A stretch of 33,085 nt of DNA from an uncultured virus (IMG/VR IMGVR_UViG_640753051_000003) (IMGVR_UViG_640753051_000003); one strand, 5' to 3'. Counted from the first letter of the stretch, positions 16,611 through 24,480 are shown. A program made the numbers and translations. Notes: generated by a model from the sequence alone, not told the origin.

Positions 16611-16680
16611 GGCAGCAGGCCCGGTAATTGAACCCGGTCTTTCGTGGTTAGCCACGCGGTTTACCAGTTGCCCTGCCTGC
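16611..16680 (-). pseudogene. tRNA-like remnant with a collapsed anticodon loop
   Basis: GCAGGC/GCCTGC acceptor stem, AACTGGTAAA D loop, CGTGG-CTAA-CCACG stem, CCGGGTTCAATTACCGG T arm. Confidence 0.5.
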
Positions 16681-16772
16681 GACGGTGCGAGAGTATTGGA
16701 ATAAAGAAAAGCGATGATTATGATTGCGTGACGGTCGCCTAAGCAGTGAGAGCCGTTTGAGGGAGCGCATCG

Positions 16773-17024
16773 GTGGAAAACTCCAGCGCGGACGCCGCTA
16801 GCCGTGTAAGAGCAATAATCATCGAGCAGTTGGGCATCAACCCTGCCCGGGTTGTGGACGACGCATCCATCGTAGATGACCTCGGCGCCGACTATCTCGA
16901 AGTCGCTCAAATCGTCATGATGATTGAGGACGAGTTCAATATCGAAATTTCAGATGACTTGGCCGAAGCCGTGATCACGGTCGGAGATGCAATTTACGTG
17001 GTTATGTCGAAAACCGAGAGCTAG
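16773..17024 (+). CDS. Acyl carrier protein homologue lacking the phosphopantetheine serine (DLGADYLE)
   Basis: AcpP-like RV..II.EQLG...DDLGAD.L.....VM.IE.EF.IEI.D..AE...TVGDA; GAGGGAG RBS. Confidence 0.88.
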   Translation: MENSSADAASRVRAIIIEQLGINPARVVDDASIVDDLGADYLEVAQIVMMIEDEFNIEISDDLAEAVITVGDAIYVVMSKTES

Positions 17025-17162
17025 CCGCAGCAGAGCTAAAATGGGCCAGTAGATTTTGGCCGCATTTCTCCTATGCGCCGAATGTGAAGTTTCGGCAGCG
17101 GTCCGGCGAGTATTCCCTCTGTGAGGTCCGCAACTGGACAACCGCAAATCACTGCAGGAAAT

Positions 17163-17780
17163 CTATACGGCTTGCCGAAGATTTTCAACCGCCGCGTCTG
17201 CCGTGAGACTATTCAGTTCACTGATAATTTTCTGCACCCGCTCTTTGATCTGCGGGCTTAGAGAATCTATAGCCCTCTCCGCCTGGTCGACCATTGAGAC
17301 GCGGGCTTTTCTTCCCTTAGGCAGGATCTTGCGAAGTTGGCCGCGCAGGTGCTGGATCTGCTCGTGGCGCTCGTTCTCCTTCCGGCAGTGCTGTTCGTAG
17401 AGGAAGGCTTGCCGGCGCTCGTGCTCGGCGAAATACAGAGCCTCGATCGTTGCGCTGGGAAACTCGAGCGGTCCATAGTTGGCACCGCGCAGGAAACACA
17501 CGGCACCGTCGACGCGGCGGAGCTCCTCGAAGTTCAACCTCGGCAGGTTCACGAAGGCATACCCGACCAGGAACGGAAACCGCTTCTCGATGATCTCGTT
17601 CGTCCGATGGTGCTTCAACTCCTTGTAAAACGACGGCATGAAGATGTCGAAGCCGTCCTTGCGGCAGTTCCGCTCGATGATGGATTCCATACGCCGACTC
17701 TCCGGGAGGCGCTCGTCCACGGCCGCCATGCGCTGATACCCGGGGGCCGTACGAATTGCGTACCAACGTGATCTGCTCAT
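17163..17780 (-). CDS. NusG-family late antiterminator
   Basis: RWYAIRT.PG...F.P...PFLVGYAFV NGN domain; last gene of the early operon (lambda Q position). Confidence 0.88.
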   Translation of the reverse strand: MSRSRWYAIRTAPGYQRMAAVDERLPESRRMESIIERNCRKDGFDIFMPSFYKELKHHRTNEIIEKRFPFLVGYAFVNLPRLNFEELRRVDGAVCFLRGANYGPLEFPSATIEALYFAEHERRQAFLYEQHCRKENERHEQIQHLRGQLRKILPKGRKARVSMVDQAERAIDSLSPQIKERVQKIISELNSLTADAAVENLRQAV

Positions 17781-18211
17781 GATTTTCCCTCGTTCTTCTT
17801 CGGCAATGACCGAGCATGGTGGTTTCGGCAGTAGCGACCCGTTGTTTCCGCCGCACAGAACAGGTACGGGCCGCCGGTGTTTAGGGGCCAGCAGCATTCG
17901 CGGGCCGAGAGATGGTGGAGGGGCTTTGCGGATTGGAGCCGCTCAGCGTCATAGGCAGTCGCCGCGATCTCCGGTTCCCGCTTCAGTTCCGGCGCCAGCT
18001 TGCGAGGCCGCGTCGTCTTCGCTTGGCCGGGTGCGCGAGACTTCTTCCCAGAGTCGCCGCGCCACGGGAAGAGACCGCGTTTGCGGAATGCCAGTCCGAC
18101 AATGACGTTGCGGCTGACGCCAAAGCGCTTGGCGATCTGGGAGGCAGGGAGATCATCCCTCCAGAGCTTCGCAGCAGCCTCGATGTCGACGGTGCGGTGC
18201 TGGATGGTCAT
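17777..18211 (-). CDS. GcrA-family regulator
   Basis: LW....ASQIA..FGVSRN.I.G...R helix-turn-helix and L....CCWP...FC......YC..H C-terminal domain. Confidence 0.88.
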   Translation of the reverse strand: MTIQHRTVDIEAAAKLWRDDLPASQIAKRFGVSRNVIVGLAFRKRGLFPWRGDSGKKSRAPGQAKTTRPRKLAPELKREPEIAATAYDAERLQSAKPLHHLSARECCWPLNTGGPYLFCAAETTGRYCRNHHARSLPKKNEGKS

Positions 18212-18864
18212 GCCGCGCGCTCCTCGTCGATCGGCTCGACGGCGTCGAGGTCCATCTCGATCTTCCGGCGGTAGGCCATCTGCTCGGCGCTGACCGAGCG
18301 CGCGTCTGGCAATGCCAGTATCCGCGCCAGCTCTTCGGCACGCTCGGGTGACATGGACTTTTGGACCACAATGCCGCCGGCGGCTGCCTTTGACGCAGCA
18401 TGCTCCTGCTTGAATTGGTTCAACCGGGCGCGGACGCGGGCCATGACCTCCGGAGACCGGTCGATCTCTGGCGGCTGGTGGGTGAGCGTGGCGGCGATCT
18501 CCCGTTTCCTCGCTAGATCTTCACGGGCAAGTCTAGATTCCGCCTTCGCCAGAGCGGCAAGGATCGGCGGCTTCGGGATCATGCCGAGAAGAATATCGGG
18601 GTTGCCGGCATAGTCGCCCTTGATCAGCTTCTGCGTGGCGATCGCTAAGCCGCAGTTCGGAACGCCTTCGAGGGCGTAGCCGTACACCGCGTCGAGCTTG
18701 TTCGGGTCAATACCGGAGGGAATGCTCATCCCGGCTGCCTGCATAACTTCGAGGCTGCGCAAAACTGCTTCCTCGCGGACCGGTGATAGCCGCTCAGTGA
18801 GCGCGGAAATCTCCCGGTTCAAGGTCGAAAGCTGGGCCGGTGCTGGCAAATTCGTCATGTCCAT
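18208..18864 (-). CDS. Hypothetical replication-region protein (helicase-loader position)
   Basis: Follows the initiator; Y..AL..VP...L...P.P pattern; ATGA coupling to the GcrA-like gene. Confidence 0.7.
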   Translation of the reverse strand: MDMTNLPAPAQLSTLNREISALTERLSPVREEAVLRSLEVMQAAGMSIPSGIDPNKLDAVYGYALEGVPNCGLAIATQKLIKGDYAGNPDILLGMIPKPPILAALAKAESRLAREDLARKREIAATLTHQPPEIDRSPEVMARVRARLNQFKQEHAASKAAAGGIVVQKSMSPERAEELARILALPDARSVSAEQMAYRRKIEMDLDAVEPIDEERAA

Positions 18865-19546
18865 TTCCGTTCAGTTTCCGTTGGATGGCTTCTCGGCATT
18901 CCCGCTGATGGCGGGCGTGTTCGCTTTCACGAGGCGGTGCTTGCGATTGCTGCGGCCGGTCGTCGTATTTGCCTTCGAGGATCGAGACGAAGCTCTTAGG
19001 CTGGCAGAGGAAATCGAGGTCAGCGCGCCAGCCGCGGTCGTTTTCGCCACGGCAGAACCGGCTGCGGCCGATGCGCTCGATGGCATCGAGAACCGCCGGC
19101 AGGCCGTGTTCCTCGATCCGCAGCAGCAACGAGCGACGGCGAGAGGCCGTGACGGCCCTCGGCACGGAAAGCCCGGACTGGCGCGCCATTTCCGAAAATG
19201 CCGTCACGACCTGGTCGACCGCCGTGGGGGAAGAGCCCCCCTTGGGGGGCGAAGGGGGTATAGGATTGGAGGGGTTAGGAAGGGGGGTGTGGGGGGAAAC
19301 CTCCGGGGAGGAAAGGGTCTCGGAGTCCACCTGCTGTCCACCTGTTTCCACCGGACTTCCACCGGACAAGGCGGAATTCCGCTGTTTACGCTTCCGTTCG
19401 CGATCCCACGCGCGTCTCTTCACTGCAGCACGATCGACGGCCGGAACAGTTTCAGCCTCGGCTTCGAAAGCCTCGGCGGCCACGAGGGCTTGCTCGATCG
19501 TGAGACCAGCTTCCAACATGCGGCGGATGGCGGCACTGATGCTCAT
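18794..19546 (-). CDS. Phage replication initiator (O-like)
   Basis: WDRERKRKQR, Pro-rich linker, C-terminal S.FC.GENDRGWRADLDFL......ILEGKY; contains internal iterons. Confidence 0.8.
   Translation of the reverse strand: MSISAAIRRMLEAGLTIEQALVAAEAFEAEAETVPAVDRAAVKRRAWDRERKRKQRNSALSGGSPVETGGQQVDSETLSSPEVSPHTPLPNPSNPIPPSPPKGGSSPTAVDQVVTAFSEMARQSGLSVPRAVTASRRRSLLLRIEEHGLPAVLDAIERIGRSRFCRGENDRGWRADLDFLCQPKSFVSILEGKYDDRPQQSQAPPRESEHARHQRECREAIQRKLNGNGHDEFASTGPAFDLEPGDFRAH
19325..19367. repeat. Putative replication-origin iterons
   Basis: TCCACC at 19326, 19337, 19347 and 19358 (spacing 11, 10, 11) inside the initiator gene. Confidence 0.65.
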
Positions 19547-19926
19547 CAGCGGATGACCTCCACATCGATTCCGTAGATGGCCCGCATGAGCTTGCGTTTG
19601 ATGTTAAAGTCCTTGGTGGCAACGCCCTTGACGTCGACGATGCGGTTGCGCTTCTGGATCGCGTCGTAGAAGGCGAAATCCGCCTTGTAGGTGCAGACCA
19701 GCTGCCCATTGACCGTGAGCGCATACGGCTTCTGAAGCTCGACCTCGTAGACCTGGCCGGCGCGCTCCAACTGCTTCAGCGACGAATAGAACTCTGCCTC
19801 GCGTTTGCTGTCGAACTTGATGCCGTCGACGGTCGTCTTCTTGTTGCGGTACTTCGAGGGCCGCTCGGTTACGTCAGCTTCTCGGTTTGCTCGGAACTCG
19901 GCGGCGGACATACGATCTGAGATCAT
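19546..19926 (-). CDS. DUF1064 family PD-(D/E)XK nuclease-like protein
   Basis: SKYRNKKT.VDGIKFDSKREA...Y.ADF......VDVKG. Confidence 0.9.
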   Translation of the reverse strand: MISDRMSAAEFRANREADVTERPSKYRNKKTTVDGIKFDSKREAEFYSSLKQLERAGQVYEVELQKPYALTVNGQLVCTYKADFAFYDAIQKRNRIVDVKGVATKDFNIKRKLMRAIYGIDVEVIR

Positions 19927-20123
19927 CTTGCCCACTCCGCCATGAATGGTTCTTTGCCAGCGTAGGCAATCTTCTTGACCCGTCCCGCGTGAAGGCGCTC
20001 TGCGTAGCTGCAGTTCAGTCGCGCATTGATGAGACGGTCGGCCTCATGCTCTTTGATGGCCAAGGCCCCCGCGATCGCCATCGTGTCGGGCCCGAACTTG
20101 GCGTAGGCTTCGAGGAAGGTCAT
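19923..20123 (-). CDS. Hypothetical protein (66 aa)
   Basis: ATGA-coupled on both sides within the operon. Confidence 0.75.
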   Translation of the reverse strand: MTFLEAYAKFGPDTMAIAGALAIKEHEADRLINARLNCSYAERLHAGRVKKIAYAGKEPFMAEWAR

Positions 20124-20386
20124 AGGGCGGCTCCCGTTGCGAACTGGAACCTTTCGGCTCCGGCTAGGGTTGGCTTCGGGAGAAGGAGAACGTCATGTCC
20201 GTAGATCCCAAAGAGCCAAAAAAACCCGGGGAAGTTCCACCAGAGGAAACGCCCGATTCCCTGCCCGATATCCCAGATCGCCCCATCGAGGAGCCGGGAC
20301 CTGACCTTGTCCCAGAAGAGGCCCCGGACATTACCCCAGTGCCCGGCGAGGAAGTCCCGTCGAAGATGAGCGGTTGAACCTGTCAT
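20120..20386 (-). CDS. Coupled spacer ORF antisense to the 20195 moron
   Basis: Starts and ends in ATGA overlaps with its neighbours; the protein looks like an antisense shadow. Confidence 0.4.
   Translation of the reverse strand: MTGSTAHLRRDFLAGHWGNVRGLFWDKVRSRLLDGAIWDIGQGIGRFLWWNFPGFFWLFGIYGHDVLLLPKPTLAGAERFQFATGAAL
20146..20171 (+). promoter_or_regulatory. EcfG/RpoE2-type promoter
   Basis: GGAAC-N17-GGTT, followed by an AAGGAG RBS and ATG at 20195. Confidence 0.65.
20195..20377 (+). CDS. Acidic Pro/Glu-rich disordered small protein (60 aa, moron)
   Basis: AAGGAG RBS; MSVDPKEPKKPGEVPPEETPDSLPDIPDRP... Confidence 0.7.
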   Translation: MSVDPKEPKKPGEVPPEETPDSLPDIPDRPIEEPGPDLVPEEAPDITPVPGEEVPSKMSG

Positions 20387-21030
20387 GCCGTCACCTCGCG
20401 ATAGGCCGCGTAGTCGTCAGCGCGCTCGAGCTTCTTCCGGCACGGCGGGATCCAGACCAGCTTCGTGGTCGTGACGCCGTTTAGCCAGACGAGCCAGCAG
20501 TAGGAGGTGGCGGTCGATCCGGTCGCCGTGAGCCGGCCTTTGACCATCGGCACGCGCTCGGAGAACTGAGCCACAATCGATGGCGGGTTCTTGCTGAAAA
20601 GGTTCTCGTAGCGGCCCACGCCCTCCAGGAAGGAAGTGCGAACGATCATCGCAACGCCGACGGTGGCGACGTCTAGGGCCCGGGCGATGAATTGCTCGGC
20701 CAGTCGGAAAGGCGGGTTGGTGACGATCCAGTCAACGCCTCGTCCATCATCCCATGGAATCATTCCGGGAATGAGGAAGTCACCCTGAGCTCCCCGCCCG
20801 TAATTATGAACGTCGCTGGCCCAGACTTGGCCGAAGCTCTCTGCAAGCGGATCGACCATGTGGCCGCGATTGCAGGCCGGTTCCCAGCAGGTCTTATCCC
20901 TGAGGCGGTATCCGGCGAGGACGTGAAAGCACAGCGCCCGCGTGGCCCAAGGCTGCGTCGGGAAGTCGTCGAGGCTGTCGTCAGGCTCGGAGCGCTGCTG
21001 CATGACAGCGCTGGAGGTGTTCTGGTTCAT
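20383..21030 (-). CDS. Amino (N6-adenine or N4-cytosine) DNA methyltransferase
   Basis: DDFPT..WAT..L, WEPAC..G.M SAM-binding motif, IVTNPPF catalytic motif. Confidence 0.88.
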   Translation of the reverse strand: MNQNTSSAVMQQRSEPDDSLDDFPTQPWATRALCFHVLAGYRLRDKTCWEPACNRGHMVDPLAESFGQVWASDVHNYGRGAQGDFLIPGMIPWDDGRGVDWIVTNPPFRLAEQFIARALDVATVGVAMIVRTSFLEGVGRYENLFSKNPPSIVAQFSERVPMVKGRLTATGSTATSYCWLVWLNGVTTTKLVWIPPCRKKLERADDYAAYREVTA

Positions 21031-21371
21031 TCTGCCTCCCTCCCCTTGCAAGTATCGGTAGTTGCTCTGGAACGATTGAGAGGGAAGTCGGTTAGGCCGC
21101 CAGAAACAGCAGGTATGTGGACATGGCTGAGAACTGGGACGAATGCGTAATCATCGATCTGCCCAATCTCGAAGGCGTTCAAATCGTGTGGTCGCCCGCT
21201 TATGCAGCTCAATTGCTTAGTGAAAACTGGCCGGACACGAAGGGACGAAGCTATTCCGCGGCGCTGAACGCCTGTACGGACGCGATGCTCGGCGCCGCTT
21301 CGGCAGCGCCTGCACGAGACGCTTTCCTCGCAGCGGTCGACGAGGCGAAGATTAAAACCCTGCGTTGACAT
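21027..21371 (-). CDS. Coupled spacer ORF antisense to the DUF982 moron
   Basis: TGATG overlap at its start and ATGA overlap at its end; open across the whole moron. Confidence 0.4.
   Translation of the reverse strand: MSTQGFNLRLVDRCEESVSCRRCRSGAEHRVRTGVQRRGIASSLRVRPVFTKQLSCISGRPHDLNAFEIGQIDDYAFVPVLSHVHIPAVSGGLTDFPLNRSRATTDTCKGREAE
21069..21093 (+). promoter_or_regulatory. EcfG/RpoE2-type promoter
   Basis: GGAAC-N16-GGTT about 30 nt before the DUF982 start. Confidence 0.7.
21123..21368 (+). CDS. DUF982 family protein (moron)
   Basis: W...V.I...V.S...AA..L...WP..KG..Y.AA..AC..A......A..AR.AF.AA..EA signature. Confidence 0.88.
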   Translation: MAENWDECVIIDLPNLEGVQIVWSPAYAAQLLSENWPDTKGRSYSAALNACTDAMLGAASAAPARDAFLAAVDEAKIKTLR

Positions 21372-21553
21372 CACGCGGGTACCCTCCCCTTGCAAAGAGC
21401 AATGACGGAATCGAGCATGGCGTTGTCGCGAAGCTTGTTTTCGGTTTCGGTCTCAGGACGCGGGCGCTTAGAGCGTGGACCGTGATCTTCGAGCCAGGTG
21501 AACTTCTGGCGCTTCTGGGCTTCGGCCCATTCGATGATGGCGGTGGTGATCAT
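21371..21553 (-). CDS. Hypothetical protein (60 aa)
   Basis: ATGA-coupled; WLEDHG..SKRPRP. Confidence 0.7.
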   Translation of the reverse strand: MITTAIIEWAEAQKRQKFTWLEDHGPRSKRPRPETETENKLRDNAMLDSVIALCKGRVPA

Positions 21554-22317
21554 GCTGCCTCGCGAAGGAACTGCTCAATTGCGAAATCGCACCATTGATC
21601 CGCCATGGCGGCGGCGATGCCCGGGAAGAAGCGTGAGCGCTCCCTCCCTCGGTCCGGGCCAGGTGACATTCGATGCACCCGTGACCACGCCTTGTGCTCG
21701 GCCGTGCCGCGAGCCGGCGGTGTCAACTTCTGTGTCGGAAGCAGGGTCGGCAGGTTGCGCAGGTAGAGACCGGTAGCCTTGAAAAACGGTTCGCCGAACC
21801 ACCACGGCTGGACGGTTTGGGCAGGCGGCCGAAAGTCGGCGATGCGTTCCTTCGCATGCCGATGCATAACGGGATTTTCGATGCAGATGCGGTCGACCGG
21901 CGCATTCCAGAAGGCGGAGAATAACGCAGCGCCTTCGTCGAGCTCAGCCCACATTTGTTCGGCATTCTTGCCAGGCGGCGGGACGGACAGCCAGCGAACG
22001 CCGCTATTGCAGAGCCGCGTGCATGGAGGATGCGCGACGATCAGCATGTCCCATCCGTCGTTTAGAACGTCGCGTGCATCGCCACGGATGTGCCGGTTGC
22101 TGCCGTTTTCTGCCGGCAACAGATCGCAGGACCATGCATCATGACCGCGATCGAGGAACGCATCCCGGACCGTGCCGGAGAACTCGCAGGTGACAAGAAC
22201 ACGCAGGGATCTTGTTCGGCTCCGGCTGACGGTAGGGAAAGGTAAAGTCGTTTGGGTTGGGAAAGGCCGATTATTCCCTTGGCCGTTTCCGGCGCATCCA
22301 GCGGAGGAACTTCTCAC
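21550..22317 (-). CDS. Short C5-cytosine DNA methyltransferase-like protein
   Basis: RVLV.CEFSG.VR.AF...GH.AWSCD, AHPPCT (PC motif), IENP, QPW.FG....KAT.L.L..LP; start uncertain. Confidence 0.82.
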   Translation of the reverse strand: MRSSSAGCAGNGQGNNRPFPTQTTLPFPTVSRSRTRSLRVLVTCEFSGTVRDAFLDRGHDAWSCDLLPAENGSNRHIRGDARDVLNDGWDMLIVAHPPCTRLCNSGVRWLSVPPPGKNAEQMWAELDEGAALFSAFWNAPVDRICIENPVMHRHAKERIADFRPPAQTVQPWWFGEPFFKATGLYLRNLPTLLPTQKLTPPARGTAEHKAWSRVHRMSPGPDRGRERSRFFPGIAAAMADQWCDFAIEQFLREAA

Positions 22318-22718
22318 TTTGAAGCCTCCCCCATTCCCACGCTCTCACCAGAGCGCTTGTCAGCAGTCGCATGGGCTTTCCTCAGTGCATGGCGTTCGGT
22401 CCGATGCTTGGCCGCCGCTTCCTCGTTTCTCAGGCACACTTCCTCGTAGGCCATATGTGCCAGCATCAGCGCCCGATAAGCTGATCCGGCAATATCCCTC
22501 ATTTCACGTGTCTTGTACTGCAGTCGATAGAGGTAGCTTTCGGGAATGCCGGTCTTGTCTGCCAGCCTTCCCCGAACCGCCTTCTCTCGGTCGCCCCGGC
22601 CCTTGAACTCAGCGTTCATCAGGGCGGCGTACCAACCTTTTGCCTCACTCAGTGCCACACTTGTCATCTTTGCCTCGGAAACACGTTTTCCGGATTTGGA
22701 AACTCTATTGCCGTACAT
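22314..22718 (-). CDS. Putative DNA-binding protein (CII position)
   Basis: RLADKTGIPESYLYRLQY helix-turn-helix-like segment; start uncertain. Confidence 0.7.
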   Translation of the reverse strand: MYGNRVSKSGKRVSEAKMTSVALSEAKGWYAALMNAEFKGRGDREKAVRGRLADKTGIPESYLYRLQYKTREMRDIAGSAYRALMLAHMAYEEVCLRNEEAAAKHRTERHALRKAHATADKRSGESVGMGEASK

Positions 22719-22761
22719 TTCGGGGTCCCCGTGCGAGTGTCTCTTTGCGTAGGAGACACCG

Positions 22762-23013
22762 ATGCCCAGGAACTTCCCTTCCGATGGAGAGGACGGCACC
22801 GCGCCAACGGCTGCCGGTCCCTCCCAAGTCTTTCCTTTCCGCAGGACCACCGCCGCAACGTCCGGTCCTGCCGCCGGTGACGCGCCCTCGTCGTCACCGG
22901 CAATCCCTCTCGGAGAAGCTGTTCAAGCCGTGGTCATGAGACTGGCGAACAAGCGGATCCGGTTGAGAGTTGCAGGCCCCGATCGGGAGGAGGAGGACCG
23001 GGACCTGCGTTGA
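22762..23013 (+). CDS. Hypothetical protein antisense to the early operon
   Basis: AGGAG RBS; PLGEAVQAVVMRL amphipathic segment. Confidence 0.5.
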   Translation: MPRNFPSDGEDGTAPTAAGPSQVFPFRRTTAATSGPAAGDAPSSSPAIPLGEAVQAVVMRLANKRIRLRVAGPDREEEDRDLR

Positions 23014-23327
23014 GCGCCTCGGGAGGAGGTGAAAGCGCTCAATCCTTTCTGCGGTAGCCGTTCCGGCGAAACTCACGCTCGACGAAGCCGGGAACGACCA
23101 GTGTCAGAGCTGCCATCCAGAGAACGACGCCGGTGCAGGCGATAAAAACGGACCAGGACATGCAGCCCTCCTATCAGAGCGTTTCGGACAATCGGTCTTG
23201 GAGACAAAGGCCGCGACAGCAGCCGAGACTTCGACGCGCGGCACCTGGAGACGGGGAAGGTTCACCCGGCCCTCAACGGTTCTCTGCGCAGTGGCGTCTT
23301 CTGTCTTTGATGTACGGAGATACTCGC

Positions 23328-24137
23328 TCATGCGACTTCCTCCGCCTTCTCGCGCATAGCCTTCCGGCAAGAATGACAATGGTTCGCACCGTAGCCGCCG
23401 CACGCTTCAGGGTTCCGGCAATTGGGCCGGAGGGCGGATTTCGGCTTGGTGATGGAGTTGGCGGCCGGGCTTTCACCGGCTCCAGCATGGCTCACGCTAC
23501 CGTCTTCCGTTTCCGGGACTGCCTTACGGGCGTTTTCCGCTGGCACGGCTTGGGCGATCTCGTCGCCTCGAAGCACGTCGCGGTCCATCCCGTTTGCCTC
23601 TTCAGGCGAATGGGATGCCCGTTTTACGTCCGGGCCAGACGCGCTTGCGACGGCGTTTTTGGCTACTTCTTCACTTTCGCCTCCTGCGCTCGTTGCGATC
23701 TCTTCGATGATCTCGCCCGTTTCGGGGTCGAACTGCTCGGACGGCGGCGGTTCAACGCCAGCGGCGTTCGCCAGTCGGGCATGGCCCTTCACTGCAGCGA
23801 CTTCGCCGCCGTCCGATTTCGGAAATTGTTCAATGTTTTCTCGTGCGCGGGCGGGCGCTGGCGTGTGCGAGGACACAGCAGCGGCCAGGACCAAGGCCGG
23901 ACCCTCGTATGCAGAGAGATAGAGTTCGACGATCGCGTTCTGCTCGCTGAACGCATCTTCGCCGATCTTGCCGCGCTTGCGGATCAGCTGGACAACCTGA
24001 CCCATTGCGGTCTTGTCGAACCCCATGGACTTTGCTTCCGCGTAGATGTCGCGGATGTCCTCGCCGATCGTGTCCTGCTCTTCCTTCAAGCGAAGGATGC
24101 GGTCGATGAAGGCTCTGATCTGGGCGTCGGACGTCAT
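23328..24137 (-). CDS. GapR/DUF2312 (UPF0335) DNA-binding protein with acidic linker and C-terminal Cys cluster
   Basis: QIRAFIDRILRL.EE...I.EDIRDIYAEAKS.GFD; C-terminal CRNPEAC.......HC.SC. Confidence 0.88.
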   Translation of the reverse strand: MTSDAQIRAFIDRILRLKEEQDTIGEDIRDIYAEAKSMGFDKTAMGQVVQLIRKRGKIGEDAFSEQNAIVELYLSAYEGPALVLAAAVSSHTPAPARARENIEQFPKSDGGEVAAVKGHARLANAAGVEPPPSEQFDPETGEIIEEIATSAGGESEEVAKNAVASASGPDVKRASHSPEEANGMDRDVLRGDEIAQAVPAENARKAVPETEDGSVSHAGAGESPAANSITKPKSALRPNCRNPEACGGYGANHCHSCRKAMREKAEEVA

Positions 24138-24376
24138 TGTGCGTTCTCCCGAGCTGGGAAGAACTCTTCGGCCTTGAGCGGTATCCTCTTCGACTTTGCA
24201 TACGCCAGCAGCGCGGGTGCGTCTGTCTGGGGAATCAACCCGCCGGTACCACCCTTCTCTTTCGGGTACATCCAGCGGTACACCCGGGACACGTGCTTCC
24301 CGGTGACCTCGGCCACCTTTTCGATACCGATTTTGCCGATAATGGATTTTGCAGGCTCGAGATGTTTTTCGCTCAT
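24134..24376 (-). CDS. cro: Cro-like repressor
   Basis: 80 aa; KVAEVTGKHVSRVYRW helix-turn-helix, GGTGG.IP; divergent from cI. Confidence 0.85.
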   Translation of the reverse strand: MSEKHLEPAKSIIGKIGIEKVAEVTGKHVSRVYRWMYPKEKGGTGGLIPQTDAPALLAYAKSKRIPLKAEEFFPARENAQ

Positions 24377-24383
24377 GTCGCGA

Positions 24384-24470
24384 AATTTGCGATTATCGCG
24401 ACAATTTGTCAATGGGGTCGCGATAACTAACTTGCGATATTCGCGATGGAGTTTTTTGCGGAATCCGCGA
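24384..24470. promoter_or_regulatory. cro/cI switch: three 15-bp operators and the cro promoter
   Basis: TTGCGATTATCGCGA 24387-24401, TTGCGATATTCGCGA 24432-24446, TTGCGGAATCCGCGA 24456-24470; minus-strand TTGACA at 24412-24407. Confidence 0.85.
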
Positions 24471-24480
24471 AGATCGCCGC

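Noticed and set aside
20383..22317. Restriction-modification system
   Set aside because: No cognate restriction endonuclease; orphan methylases in an early operon are common in temperate phages
23104..23331. ATGA-coupled 75-aa ORF after the GapR-like gene
   Set aside because: No recognisable features and no nested moron found opposite it; may be real but unsupported
24380..24470. CRISPR-like short repeats
   Set aside because: These are 15-bp palindromic operators with short irregular spacing, and there are no cas genes
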